From positions 434,159-498,158 of the forward strand of contig JAVZCO010000001.1 in assembly GCA_038874355.1 (NCBI GenBank): DNA of 64,000 nucleotides, in the 5' to 3' direction. The translations under genes and the position numbers were made by a program. The DNA is from Candidatus Pacearchaeota archaeon (GTDB taxonomy: Archaea > Nanobdellota > Nanobdellia > Pacearchaeales > GW2011-AR1). Position 1 is the first letter of the stretch, and each line of letters opens with the position of its first letter. Shown in pieces: positions 1-9,735 of this stretch. Below the pieces are notes generated by a model that searched no databases, was not told the origin of the DNA, and saw nothing but the letters and a program-made list of their open reading frames with translations.

Positions 1-14
1 AGCAAAAAATAATC

Positions 15-1238
15 TTGCCAATTATTTATTCTTATAAAGAAAAAAGGGATAAAATACTAAATGAAGAAGAAAAAGAAAAATTAAGAAATAAAGTTAGAGA
101 AATAAAAGAAAAAACAATAAATAACATAAAAGAATTAAAAGAAAAAACAATAAAGAACTTAATAAAAAATGAAATTAGAGTTATTGAGGCCAAAGATTCT
201 AAAGAAGCAATAAAAATTATAAAAAAAATTGTAGGAAAAGAAAAATTAATAATAAAATCAAAATCTAATACTTGTAATGAAATAGAATTAAAAAAATTTC
301 TTAAGAATAAAGAAATTATTGAAACCGATTTAGGAGATTTTTTAATTCAATTATTTAAAGATGATAAAGAGAAAGAAATTCATCCTGTTTTGCCATCTTT
401 GCATTTAACTTTAGATAATATTTCTAAAAAAATTAATGAAAAATTTAAAGTAAATGTTGAAAAAAAAGAAGAAGAAATTATAAAATTTATAAGAAAGTAC
501 TTAAGAGAAAAAATTTACAAAGCTAAAATAGGGATTAGCGGAGCGAATGTTATTTCTAGTGATGGTAGCATTTTTATTTTAGAAAATGAAGGAAATATTT
601 CTTTAGTTTCTAGGATTGTGGATAAACATATAATATTAGTAGGTTTTGATAAGATTGTTGAAACTAAAGAACAAGCGTTGGATATAATTAAAGCTTCAAC
701 AATATTCGGAACAGCACAAGAATATTCATCTTATGTTAGCATTATTTCTGGACCAAGCAAAACTGCTGATATACAAAATAAAATAATAAAAGGAGCACAA
801 GGGCCAAAAGAAGTTTACTTAATTTTATTAGATAATAAAAGAAATGAAATTTTAAATTCAGAATTTAAAGAATTATTATACTGTATAAATTGTGGTGCTT
901 GTTTAAATTTTTGTCCTGTATATCATCAAATATTTTCAAGATATGGTTCAAATTATTTCTTAGGTGCAAAAGGAGTAATTTCTTCTTATTTTCAGGAATA
1001 TCCTAAAAAAGCATATGAAAATGGAGCTTTCTTTTGTACTACATGTAAACAATGTTATGAAAATTGCCCAGTTAAGATTAATTTATCAGATTTAATAAAA
1101 AAAATAAGAAAAGAACTAGTTAAAAGAAAATTAGAACCTCCTTCAGTTAAAGAAATGATTATTAATATTTCAAATTATGGAAATCCTTTTGGTAAAATAC
1201 AAAAAGGAAAAAAACCAACAAAATTATATTGTTGTTAA
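15..1238 (+). CDS. LutB/YkgF-like iron-sulfur protein (LUD domain plus two 4Fe-4S ferredoxin-type Cys clusters) with a long Lys/Glu-rich N-terminal extension
   Basis: ORF 407 aa. Cys motifs CINCGACLNFCP and CTTCKQCYENCP; LUD-like core IGISGANVISSDGSIFILENEGN. N-terminal 150 aa low-complexity K/E-rich. Confidence 0.55.
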   Translation: MPIIYSYKEKRDKILNEEEKEKLRNKVREIKEKTINNIKELKEKTIKNLIKNEIRVIEAKDSKEAIKIIKKIVGKEKLIIKSKSNTCNEIELKKFLKNKEIIETDLGDFLIQLFKDDKEKEIHPVLPSLHLTLDNISKKINEKFKVNVEKKEEEIIKFIRKYLREKIYKAKIGISGANVISSDGSIFILENEGNISLVSRIVDKHIILVGFDKIVETKEQALDIIKASTIFGTAQEYSSYVSIISGPSKTADIQNKIIKGAQGPKEVYLILLDNKRNEILNSEFKELLYCINCGACLNFCPVYHQIFSRYGSNYFLGAKGVISSYFQEYPKKAYENGAFFCTTCKQCYENCPVKINLSDLIKKIRKELVKRKLEPPSVKEMIINISNYGNPFGKIQKGKKPTKLYCC

Positions 1239-1343
1239 ATTTTTACAAAATAAATTTCTATTATTTTATAACTTTATAGTAATAACAAAAACGAAAGATT
1301 TAAAAACCCTAATTTATTATAAATAATAAAGATAAATAGAAAA

Positions 1344-2210
1344 ATGGAAAGAGAAAAAATATTTTCAATCTTAAGACAAATCAATGAAAATTTAAGGAAT
1401 GGAAAGTACGGTTTAGAATCTTATAACTTTTTCCCACTCCCATATGCTAATTCTTATTTTTTTAATTTAACATGTAATGATACTTTCTGTAAAAAAGAAT
1501 TTTTTGATTTGTATGATAAATTAGAAAGTAGAGAAAAGATAGGATTAGAAGAAAAAGTTTTAGAATTGGAAAGAATTATGGATCATGCTTTAAAAGATAA
1601 AATAAAATTAAAAGCGGGATTAATAAAAGAAAATAATAATCTTAAATTAAATATATTCTCAAATATTCCTGAAGCAATTTTATGTATGCCTACATGTTAC
1701 ACTTTATTTAATTCTATAAAAAAAGGAGAGTTTCCTTATCCACTAGATATACATTACATAAATTTTTACAAATTTATATCAGAAAACCTTATTGATTTTC
1801 TTTTTCAAACAGATTCACAAAAAAATATAGTTGAAAAAAGAAATCATCTTTTTAATTTAAAAGATAATTATATTGTATATAAATGGGAAAATTTTGGAAA
1901 TAAAATGAAGAATATAAATAATAGAGAGAATAAAAATATATTAAATGTTTATTTATACAACCCTATTTCAGAAATAAAAGAAGATATATTTTATCCATAT
2001 ATAGAGATGCCTTTAATATCTTATAGTGAGGCAGAAATAGAAAAAAATATTTTAGATATAAAATCTCATTTATTAAGAGGAATTTTTTTTGTAGGCAACC
2101 CATTCTTAAATAAAATTAATGAATACATTATCTCAGGAAAACAAAGAGAAGATTCAGAAGAATATAAACTAGAAAGTATTAATACTATTCTTAAAAATAA
2201 AGAGTTTTAA
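1344..2210 (+). CDS. hypothetical protein
   Basis: 288 aa intact ORF with no recognisable motif. Promoter-like cGAAAGATTTAAAAA about 40 nt upstream. Confidence 0.4.
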   Translation: MEREKIFSILRQINENLRNGKYGLESYNFFPLPYANSYFFNLTCNDTFCKKEFFDLYDKLESREKIGLEEKVLELERIMDHALKDKIKLKAGLIKENNNLKLNIFSNIPEAILCMPTCYTLFNSIKKGEFPYPLDIHYINFYKFISENLIDFLFQTDSQKNIVEKRNHLFNLKDNYIVYKWENFGNKMKNINNRENKNILNVYLYNPISEIKEDIFYPYIEMPLISYSEAEIEKNILDIKSHLLRGIFFVGNPFLNKINEYIISGKQREDSEEYKLESINTILKNKEF

Positions 2211-2497
2211 TAATTGCAATTTAATATTTTACCTAATTTATATTCAAGATTTTTTCCATTTCTATTAATTTCAACAAAAACATCATATTCTTGATATAAT
2301 CTTTTATTTGTTTTATTTATATAGTCTGTAATATAATTATCTATATTTTCGTTTTTAGGGACTTTTGTTTTATATACTGTTGGATCAAGCTTTATTTTAA
2401 TTCTTTTTCTACTTCCATTATACAAAGTTATTGCATTATAAATCATTTCTTCTTTATCTATATCGCTGGTTATTACAACTTCTCTTATTTTTTTCAT
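2207..2497 (-). CDS. hypothetical small protein
   Basis: 96 aa ORF convergent with its neighbours; no motif recognised. Confidence 0.3.
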   Translation of the reverse strand: MKKIREVVITSDIDKEEMIYNAITLYNGSRKRIKIKLDPTVYKTKVPKNENIDNYITDYINKTNKRLYQEYDVFVEINRNGKNLEYKLGKILNCNY

Positions 2498-2563
2498 ATA
2501 TAAAAAAGTATAAGGAAATATAAAAGAATTTATATTTTAGTATATATATTTTAAAAAATACTG

Positions 2564-3742
2564 CTATCTTGTTAAAATTTCTATAGCATCTTTATGTCTT
2601 AAAATATAATCTTTTCCTATTACTTTTTTAGTTTTTACATCTATTGCTTTAATGAAATTATTTCCCAAATCGGTATGTAATCTAAAAGCAAAATCTAACG
2701 CTGTACTGTTAGGGGGCATTAAATAACAATCAGGCAAGACTCTACCTTGACTATCTGTAAGTTTAGATGTTCCTGCTGGAAATACTGCTACATATTTTAA
2801 TAAATCAAAAACAACATAATTTAAAATATTTTGAACTCCAGTAGAACCGTATTTTTCTAATATTTTTTTTATTTTTTCTAGAGCAATTTTTTGATTTTCA
2901 TTTAAATTTTTTAAAATTTTAAAATTATTTTCTCCAGGTATATATTCTATTAATCCAGCTTTTGAAGCTTCTCTCAAAGCTAATTCTGCATCAGTAGAAC
3001 AAGGTATTATAGGATAATTAAATTCTTCTCTTATTTTCTTTAAATTTTCTTCAGCTCCTTCTAAATCTATCTTATTTCCAGCAATAATCATTGGTTTAGT
3101 TTCTTTTCTTAAATTACTTGCAAAATAAAAAATTTCTTCTTCTGTCCATTGTGTAGGCTTTTCAATATCCAATTTTAATTTTAATACAATTTTATTAACA
3201 TCCTCTTCCTTTACTTTTAATCCAGAAAACTGTTTTGTTATTGCTTGTATAAAATTTTCTTTTGTTGATTCTATTTGCTTAGAAAAAGTTTTCCAAACCT
3301 TTTTTAATATATTAGAATACCATAAATCAATTTCTTTCTCTAAAAATTTTATATCTTCTCCGGGATAATAATTATTTGTTGGTTTACCTTCGGCATTTGT
3401 CTTTCCAGATAAATCAACTATGTGTATAAAAGCATCTGCTTGTCTTAAATCATCTAAAAATTGATTACCCAAACCCTTTCCTTCTGAAGCTCCAGGTACT
3501 AACCCAGCAACATCTAAGAGTTCAATAGGAACAAATCTTTTACTATTAATACAATATCCTTCTCTCGGATTACATTTGACATTAAAATCTTTATCAATGC
3601 AATCTATTTTTACATAACCAATTCCATGATTCGGTTTTATTGTAACAAAGGGATAATTTGCTATTAAAACATTTGCTAATGTTGCTGCTTTAAAAAAAGT
3701 GCTTTTTCCTACATTTGGTTTTCCAATTATTCCTATTAACAT
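2564..3742 (-). CDS. ychF: Obg-family GTPase, YchF/OLA1-like, with C-terminal TGS-like domain
   Basis: N-terminal G1 MLIGIIGKPNVGKSTFFKAAT followed by NYPFVTIKPNHG (YchF signature); NKID G4 motif AGNKIDL; 392 aa. Confidence 0.7.
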   Translation of the reverse strand: MLIGIIGKPNVGKSTFFKAATLANVLIANYPFVTIKPNHGIGYVKIDCIDKDFNVKCNPREGYCINSKRFVPIELLDVAGLVPGASEGKGLGNQFLDDLRQADAFIHIVDLSGKTNAEGKPTNNYYPGEDIKFLEKEIDLWYSNILKKVWKTFSKQIESTKENFIQAITKQFSGLKVKEEDVNKIVLKLKLDIEKPTQWTEEEIFYFASNLRKETKPMIIAGNKIDLEGAEENLKKIREEFNYPIIPCSTDAELALREASKAGLIEYIPGENNFKILKNLNENQKIALEKIKKILEKYGSTGVQNILNYVVFDLLKYVAVFPAGTSKLTDSQGRVLPDCYLMPPNSTALDFAFRLHTDLGNNFIKAIDVKTKKVIGKDYILRHKDAIEILTR

Positions 3743-3806
3743 ATTCTAATTAAAAGGGTAATATATAAAAACTTTTATAAATCAATATTTTTTAAAAATA
3801 TTAATA

Positions 3807-3928
3807 GAGCCCGTAGCTCAGCCCGGTTAGAGCACCGCTCTTATATGAAGAAGATTCAATAGAATCTTCATTTCCAGGCTAAATGCTAGGAAAGGCGGGG
3901 GTCCTCGGTTCAAATCCGAGCGGGCTCA
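3807..3928 (+). tRNA. tRNA-Ile with anticodon UAU and a 49-nt intron at the canonical 37/38 position; no encoded CCA
   Basis: Acceptor gagcccg/cgggctc pairs perfectly (7 bp). D arm gctc-agcccggtta-gagc. Anticodon stem ccgct/ggcgg with loop c-t-TAT-a. Intron tgaagaagattcaatagaatcttcatttcc... contains the hairpin gaagattc/gaatcttc. T arm ctcgg-ttcaaat-ccgag, discriminator A. Confidence 0.7.
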
Positions 3929-3949
3929 TATAAAATTTATCTTGTTAAT

Positions 3950-4636
3950 ATGAAGTTAAAAAAATTAATATATAGTGGATTATTTTTGTTTTTTTTGCAA
4001 TTAAATTTATACGCAGAACCACAACACATAGTAAGAGGACCAAAAGATAAGAAACAAATAGCATTAACTTTTGATGATGGAGATAATTTAGAAAGTGTGA
4101 TAAAAGTACTTGAAGAAAAAAATGTTAAAGCAACATTTTTCTTAACAGGAAATTATATTATGAAAAGAAAAGAAGAAGTAAAAAGAGCATATGAAAAAGG
4201 CCATGAAATAGAAAATCATACTTATACTCATCCTAATTGTACTAATATATCATTAGATTCTTTGATTAATGAAGTAGTAATAACAGATTCTGAAATTTAT
4301 AATATAACTGGTTATATTCCAAGATTTTTTAGATTTCCATACGGAAAGGCAAATAATGAAAAATTAGAAACAATAGAAAAATTAGGAAAAAAATCTATTT
4401 TTTGGACAATAGATACAAGAGATTGGGAATATAAAAAAGAGGAATACAAAAAAGCAAGAGAAAATATTATAAAAATGATTAATGAACAAACTAATAATGA
4501 AAAAGGGAGTGGTAGTATAATTTTAATGCATACAAAAACAATAGTGGGATCCTATAAGATTCTTCCAGAAATAATTGATCTTTTAAAATCAAAAGGATAC
4601 GAATTAGTTACAATAAATGAAATGTTTGAAAAATAA
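3950..4636 (+). CDS. secreted polysaccharide deacetylase (NodB/CE4 family)
   Basis: Signal-peptide-like N-terminus. Motifs IALTFDDGD, HTYTHP and IILMH match the CE4 catalytic motifs. Confidence 0.75.
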   Translation: MKLKKLIYSGLFLFFLQLNLYAEPQHIVRGPKDKKQIALTFDDGDNLESVIKVLEEKNVKATFFLTGNYIMKRKEEVKRAYEKGHEIENHTYTHPNCTNISLDSLINEVVITDSEIYNITGYIPRFFRFPYGKANNEKLETIEKLGKKSIFWTIDTRDWEYKKEEYKKARENIIKMINEQTNNEKGSGSIILMHTKTIVGSYKILPEIIDLLKSKGYELVTINEMFEK

Positions 4637-4709
4637 TTTTTATAAAATTAAAAAATTTGTAATTTAATTAATTAAGTAAATTTAAAAATATAATTTATTT
4701 TAAGATATA

Positions 4710-4940
4710 ATGAAAAAAAACAAAAAGAGAAAAAGAAAAAATAAAAAAATAGAAAATATGACTTTTTCAGAATTAATTGAAAAAAATCCCAAAGCTGCTA
4801 AAATTTTTTTTGAAAAAGGAATGAATTGTGCTTTTTGTCCTCTTGCTTCAAAAGAAACTTTAGAACAAGGTGCTAAATCACATAATATTGATATAAAAGA
4901 ATTAATTAAAGAATTAAACAAAAACAAAAAGAAAAAATGA
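4710..4940 (+). CDS. DUF1858-like small redox/disulfide protein (hybrid-cluster-protein-associated type)
   Basis: 76 aa; MTFSELIEKNPKAAKIFFEKGMNCAFCPLASKETLEQ with an FCP motif. Overlaps the downstream IscU start by 4 nt, which suggests an operon. Confidence 0.45.
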   Translation: MKKNKKRKRKNKKIENMTFSELIEKNPKAAKIFFEKGMNCAFCPLASKETLEQGAKSHNIDIKELIKELNKNKKKK

Positions 4941-5404
4941 ATTATAATAAAAAAGTAATAGAATATTTTACTAAGAAGAAATATGTAGGAGAAATAAAAA
5001 ATGCAGATGGTGTTGGTGAAGTGGGTAATATAATATGTGGCGACATAATGAAAGTTTATATAAAAGTTGGTAAAAAGAATAAAGAAGAATATATTGAAAA
5101 TATAAAATTTAAAACTTTTGGCTGTGTCGCGGCAATTGCCTCTTCTTCTGCTTTAGCAGAAATCGCCATTGGAAAGAAATTAACCGAAGCTATTAAAATA
5201 ACAAATAAAGATATATTAAATAAATTAGGTAATTTACCAACAATTAAAATTCATTGTTCTATTTTAGGAGAGCAAGCTCTTACTGAAGCAATATATAATT
5301 ACTTTGTGAAAAATAAAAAGAAAATTCCTAAATTTTTAGAAAAAAAACATAAATTAATAATGAGAGAAAAACAAGCTTATAAAAAGAAATTTTCTAATCG
5401 ATAA
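4937..5404 (+). CDS. iscU: IscU/NifU-like Fe-S cluster scaffold protein
   Basis: Conserved cluster ligands in context: ICGDIMKV, FKTFGCVAAIASSSALAE and IHCSILGEQAL. Confidence 0.7.
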   Translation: MNYNKKVIEYFTKKKYVGEIKNADGVGEVGNIICGDIMKVYIKVGKKNKEEYIENIKFKTFGCVAAIASSSALAEIAIGKKLTEAIKITNKDILNKLGNLPTIKIHCSILGEQALTEAIYNYFVKNKKKIPKFLEKKHKLIMREKQAYKKKFSNR

Positions 5405-5437
5405 ATTTTTAATATTCCTTATTTTTTTATTTATATT

Positions 5438-6796
5438 ATGTTAGAAAATAAATTAATAAGAAAACTTATTTTTTACACATTAGATAAAACTATAAAATTT
5501 AAATTTTATAATCTTGATAATAACACAAAAAAAATTGCAGAAGATAAATATCTTATAACTTCTTCTGTTTTAAAAGCAATTGATAAACAATATAATCAAG
5601 GGATTTCTAAAGGATGTAAAGATAAATTAGAAAATATCTTCATAAAAAAGCAATTTTTAAGAGTTATAAAAAAAAGAAAATTGCCTTATCAAGATTATCA
5701 GATTGGATTTTTAACAGTTAGCCCAACAAATATATGTGATTTATCCTGTAAAGATTGTTATGCAGGCTTTATAAAAAATAAACAAACTTTACCATTTTCT
5801 ATTCTAATAAGAATATGGGAGGATATAAAAAATATTTTTAAAACTAATTTTATGGTTATCTCTGGAGGAGAGCCTACTTTATACGAGTATGAAGAAAAAG
5901 GAAAAAAATATGTATTAGAAGATTTATTAGAAAAAAATCAAGATATTTATCATTTAATGTATACTAATGGAAGAAGAATTGCAGAAGATTTTTCTTTTGT
6001 TAAAAGAATAAGTGAGTTAGGAAATTTAACTCCTGCTATAAGCATAGAAGGTTTTGAAGAAAAAACGGATTTAAGAAGAGGAAAAGGAATGTATAAAAAA
6101 ATAATTAAAGCAATGGATAATTTAAGAAAAGAAGGAATTCCGTTTGGGATTTCTTTAACAATGAATAAATACAATATAGAAGAATTATTAAGTGACGAAT
6201 TTATTAAAGAAATGTTTGATAAAAGAGGAGCCGTTTATGCTTGGTCTTTTCATTATATGCCTATAGGAAAAAATCCTTCTTTTGATTTATTAATAACACC
6301 AGAACAAAGATTATGGAGTTTCAAGAGAATAAGAGAATTACTAAAACAAGGATATTTTATTGCAGATTTTTGGGATTTAGGAACAGTTGCTGGTTGTATG
6401 GCTTCTGGAGGTGATGGAGGAAGTTATGGTTATATAGATTGGACGGGAAATATTTACTCTTGTGTTTTTATGCCTGATCAAGATAAAGATGAAACAAAAA
6501 ATAATGTTTATAATTTATACAAAAACGAATATAATCTAAAAGATGCTTTTGATACAGTTCTTCATAAAAAAATAAGAGAAATTAAAGCAACACAAAAAAA
6601 TAAATGTAATTTATGTTTGCCTTGCACAATTAGAGATAGAAGTAATATTTATTCGGAAATTATTGAAAAATACGGAAAATATGATTCTCCAACAAAAGAA
6701 TACAGGGAAAAAATAATTAAAACAGGATTAATGGAAAAATATAATAAAGAATGTGAAAAATTATTTTCTAAAATTTGGGAAGAATATTTAAAATAA
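5438..6796 (+). CDS. radical SAM enzyme with C-terminal SPASM-like auxiliary cluster domain
   Basis: CDLSCKDC (CxxxCxxC) at about aa 101; ISGGEPTL; C-terminal Cys-rich CMASGGDGGSYGYIDWTGNIYSCVFMP ... CNLCLPCT. Confidence 0.7.
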   Translation: MLENKLIRKLIFYTLDKTIKFKFYNLDNNTKKIAEDKYLITSSVLKAIDKQYNQGISKGCKDKLENIFIKKQFLRVIKKRKLPYQDYQIGFLTVSPTNICDLSCKDCYAGFIKNKQTLPFSILIRIWEDIKNIFKTNFMVISGGEPTLYEYEEKGKKYVLEDLLEKNQDIYHLMYTNGRRIAEDFSFVKRISELGNLTPAISIEGFEEKTDLRRGKGMYKKIIKAMDNLRKEGIPFGISLTMNKYNIEELLSDEFIKEMFDKRGAVYAWSFHYMPIGKNPSFDLLITPEQRLWSFKRIRELLKQGYFIADFWDLGTVAGCMASGGDGGSYGYIDWTGNIYSCVFMPDQDKDETKNNVYNLYKNEYNLKDAFDTVLHKKIREIKATQKNKCNLCLPCTIRDRSNIYSEIIEKYGKYDSPTKEYREKIIKTGLMEKYNKECEKLFSKIWEEYLK

Positions 6797-6806
6797 ACTT
6801 AGATTT

Positions 6807-7487
6807 TTAATTTTCTTTATTTAAACTTTTAATTGTTAATATTGTTTTATTAACTTGTTCTTGATTTAGGAAATAAGGTTTAGAAATTTTACATCTGTCA
6901 TTCATTAGATTAAATTTATTATCTTCTCTTTTATCTGTTAAACCTAAAACATGTCCTATTTCATGAGCCAAGTTCCATGCAGTAAAATCTTTACATTTTT
7001 TATCTTTCTTAAAAATAACAAATTTATAACCACATAAATTTCCTCTCCCAAAATTAATACTTTTTCCTTTAATATATATAATACTCATATCAGGACTATT
7101 GTTTGTTATTTTATTTATAAGAGGAATATAAAATTCATTGCAAATTTTACTATCTTCTTCTGAATTTTTTCCAGAAATTTTAGTATAAAGATATTTTCTT
7201 TCTTCTGTTGTTATATTTAAATTTACTTTGTATATATTATTTATTAAGATAGAAATATTATAATTATTCCAAATTTTATTTACTTCACTAACATATTTTA
7301 CTAATTCTTCTTCATTGATTTCGTTATTAATAATATAAAAATTAAAACTAACATTTAATTTTTCAATATTTGTACCTTGCTTTTCTATTGAAAAAGAACA
7401 AGTAAAATTTCTCAATATAAAGATAATAAGAATTACAATAAAAATAAAAACCAAAGATCTGATTATTTTTTTATTATTTTTTAACAT
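6807..7487 (-). CDS. secreted zinc metalloprotease (metzincin-like, HExxHxxGxxD)
   Basis: N-terminal TM/signal sequence; AHEIGHVLGLTDKRED zinc-binding motif. Confidence 0.6.
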   Translation of the reverse strand: MLKNNKKIIRSLVFIFIVILIIFILRNFTCSFSIEKQGTNIEKLNVSFNFYIINNEINEEELVKYVSEVNKIWNNYNISILINNIYKVNLNITTEERKYLYTKISGKNSEEDSKICNEFYIPLINKITNNSPDMSIIYIKGKSINFGRGNLCGYKFVIFKKDKKCKDFTAWNLAHEIGHVLGLTDKREDNKFNLMNDRCKISKPYFLNQEQVNKTILTIKSLNKEN

Positions 7488-7660
7488 AATTTATAATATT
7501 ATTAATATTTTTTATATTTTTTTATAATTATAATTTTTTAGTAATCTAACTTTCTATTATATTAACAAATTGCTTTTTCATTTAAGTAAAGAATTTTTTT
7601 AATCTTCTTTTTAAGATAATAACATGTTAATCAATCTTTTACCCTTCTTTATTTCTTCTT

Positions 7661-7915
7661 TCACCTTCTCTTTCTTTGCTTCTTTTTTATCTTCTTTTTA
7701 GTATAAAAGATTTCTGAAAACAAAAAAATATATAGGATTTCTAAAATGCCAAATGTATTTATAATAAGTATAATGATAAACCATATGACATCTTTATTCT
7801 GAGAAGCTTTCCATAAGGCAATTCCCTTCCATGTTAAACTCCAAATTAAAAGAATTATTAATAGAGTTGGATTAATTCCGAATAAGGAAGAAATTTGATT
7901 ATAATCTAAAGCCAT
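7661..7915 (-). CDS. small membrane protein
   Basis: 84 aa with two hydrophobic helices and a basic C-terminus. Confidence 0.3.
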   Translation of the reverse strand: MALDYNQISSLFGINPTLLIILLIWSLTWKGIALWKASQNKDVIWFIIILIINTFGILEILYIFLFSEIFYTKKKIKKKQRKRR

Positions 7916-7997
7916 TATACTATAATAAAAAAAATCTTTATAAATTTAATTAATTAAATTTTTTTAATTTGTATTAATTATAAAATGGTTACAAAAA

Positions 7998-8013
7998 CGA
8001 AATATTTATAAAC
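7998..8013 (+). promoter_or_regulatory. BRE/TATA-like promoter motif cGAAATATTTATAAAc, placed to give a leaderless transcript for the 8039 gene
   Basis: The motif family cGAAAGATTTATAAA recurs upstream of several genes in this window. Here the TATA element ends about 26 nt before the ATG. Confidence 0.4.
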
Positions 8014-8038
8014 ATAAGAATAATAAAAGTAGTATAAG

Positions 8039-9721
8039 ATGAAAAAATATCAACTAACTTACAGTAAAATTAAAGAGAATGATATTTTAATAAACAACAT
8101 AATAACTCATTATAATTTTGGAAAAAAATATGGCTTAACACAAAAAGAAATATGTAAAGAATTTAATATTTCTCAATATACATTAAGAAAAATTTTTAAA
8201 GAATCTAATAGAAAAATTTACTCAAAAAGAGTTTATAAAGAGGATATTGAAGAGATAGTTAAACAATATAAACAAGGAATTCCTATATATAATGAAAAAA
8301 ATTATTTTGAAACTATTTCAGGTTATCATGGATTAAGCAAAAGTACTATAATAAAATATCTAAAACAACAAGGAGTTTATAATTCTAAAAAAGAATATAA
8401 ATCAAAAAATAAGAAAAATAAAGAAGAAATAATAAAAAAAGAAAAAAATTTAGAAGAAAAAATTTTATATGATAATCAAATAGAAAACAAGGAAATAACA
8501 AAAAATAAAGAGTTAAGAGAAAAAAATTTTTATAGTAATCCTTTTCCTGTTACCTATAATCAAAACAATCCTAAAAAAAACTATATAAATTTCTTTAATA
8601 GATTAGGAAAAATTGCAAAAAAAGCTTTAATTACAACAACAGCAGGTCTAATTTTAGCAGGTTCTTTATTTTTTGGCGGTTATAAAAAAGGTTATTATGA
8701 CGCAAAAATGATTTATAAAGAAAAAGAGAAAATTAATTACGTAGAAAAAAAAGAAGAAAATCCAGCAGAAATAAAAATTTTAGAAGAAATTCAGCCAGAG
8801 AAAAAAATAAAAAGCGAACAAAAAAAAGAAATAAAAACAAAAAAACAAAATATCTATTCTTCACAAAAAAGTAAAAAAGAAAATAAATCTTATGAAAAAA
8901 AAGAAGAAAAAGGATCAAAAATTCCAGAAGAAATAAAAAATATAGTAGAATTAAAGGAAAAAGAAAATAAATCTTATGAAAAAAAAGATGAAATACAAAA
9001 AGAAATTCCTTCAAAAGATCTTTCTCTAAATTTAGAGAAAATATTACAATCAGATTTTAAAGAAGTTAAAATAAAAAAACATTCAATTTATTATGAAGTT
9101 TTAGATGAAACAATTCTTTTTAATATTCCAGAAATAATTGAAGTGGAAAAAGAGACATTGAAAATAAAATATGATAAATTAAAAGAGATTGCTACTAAAG
9201 GAAAAGAATTATTTGGAGAAAGACCTATTATAAAGGTTTGGGAAAGAGAAGGAATAGAAGTTTACGGATTTCCAATAAACACTAATGAAGAAATAGAACA
9301 AAGAGGTATCTGGCAAATAAATACAGATTCTAATGGGAAAAGAATTCCATCAGAATACATAGTTTACAATGATATGAAAACAAAAAATGTTTCTCCATCT
9401 AAACCAGATAAAATAATAAATTTTATTCAATTAGAAGAAATAATAAATAATGCAGAAAAAAATAAAAATTTTATTATTCCTCAACATATAAATAAAGATA
9501 AAAATCATTTAAGTGGTTTTGTTATTAAAAAAGATAAAGATAAAAAAGTAATAGTTCAAAATCAAATATATAATTCTGAAAAATTAAATAAATCCTTATT
9601 GAAAAGTATATCAAAAATAGGCCTTTCTGTCGCTGTTGGGGAAATAATAGGACCAGGAGAGAAAGGTATTAATGGATCTTCACAAATACAAATACCACCA
9701 GGGCCTCACCCAGGGATATAA
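8039..9721 (+). CDS. Lys/Glu-rich membrane-anchored hypothetical protein with an internal repeat
   Basis: 560 aa with one TM segment (ALITTTAGLILAGSLFFGG). Internal duplicated segment KENKSYEKKEEK / KENKSYEKKDE. N-terminal HTH-like region (YGLTQKEICKEFNISQYTLRK). Confidence 0.4.
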   Translation: MKKYQLTYSKIKENDILINNIITHYNFGKKYGLTQKEICKEFNISQYTLRKIFKESNRKIYSKRVYKEDIEEIVKQYKQGIPIYNEKNYFETISGYHGLSKSTIIKYLKQQGVYNSKKEYKSKNKKNKEEIIKKEKNLEEKILYDNQIENKEITKNKELREKNFYSNPFPVTYNQNNPKKNYINFFNRLGKIAKKALITTTAGLILAGSLFFGGYKKGYYDAKMIYKEKEKINYVEKKEENPAEIKILEEIQPEKKIKSEQKKEIKTKKQNIYSSQKSKKENKSYEKKEEKGSKIPEEIKNIVELKEKENKSYEKKDEIQKEIPSKDLSLNLEKILQSDFKEVKIKKHSIYYEVLDETILFNIPEIIEVEKETLKIKYDKLKEIATKGKELFGERPIIKVWEREGIEVYGFPINTNEEIEQRGIWQINTDSNGKRIPSEYIVYNDMKTKNVSPSKPDKIINFIQLEEIINNAEKNKNFIIPQHINKDKNHLSGFVIKKDKDKKVIVQNQIYNSEKLNKSLLKSISKIGLSVAVGEIIGPGEKGINGSSQIQIPPGPHPGI

Positions 9722-9735
9722 AAATCTTATGAAAA

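Noticed and set aside
8733-9014. 93-aa minus-strand ORF inside the Lys-rich 8039-9721 gene
   Set aside because: It is antisense to a K/E-rich low-complexity coding region and translates to poly-F/L. Its frame stays open only because the AAA/GAA-rich sense strand gives TTT/TTC antisense codons. It is spurious.
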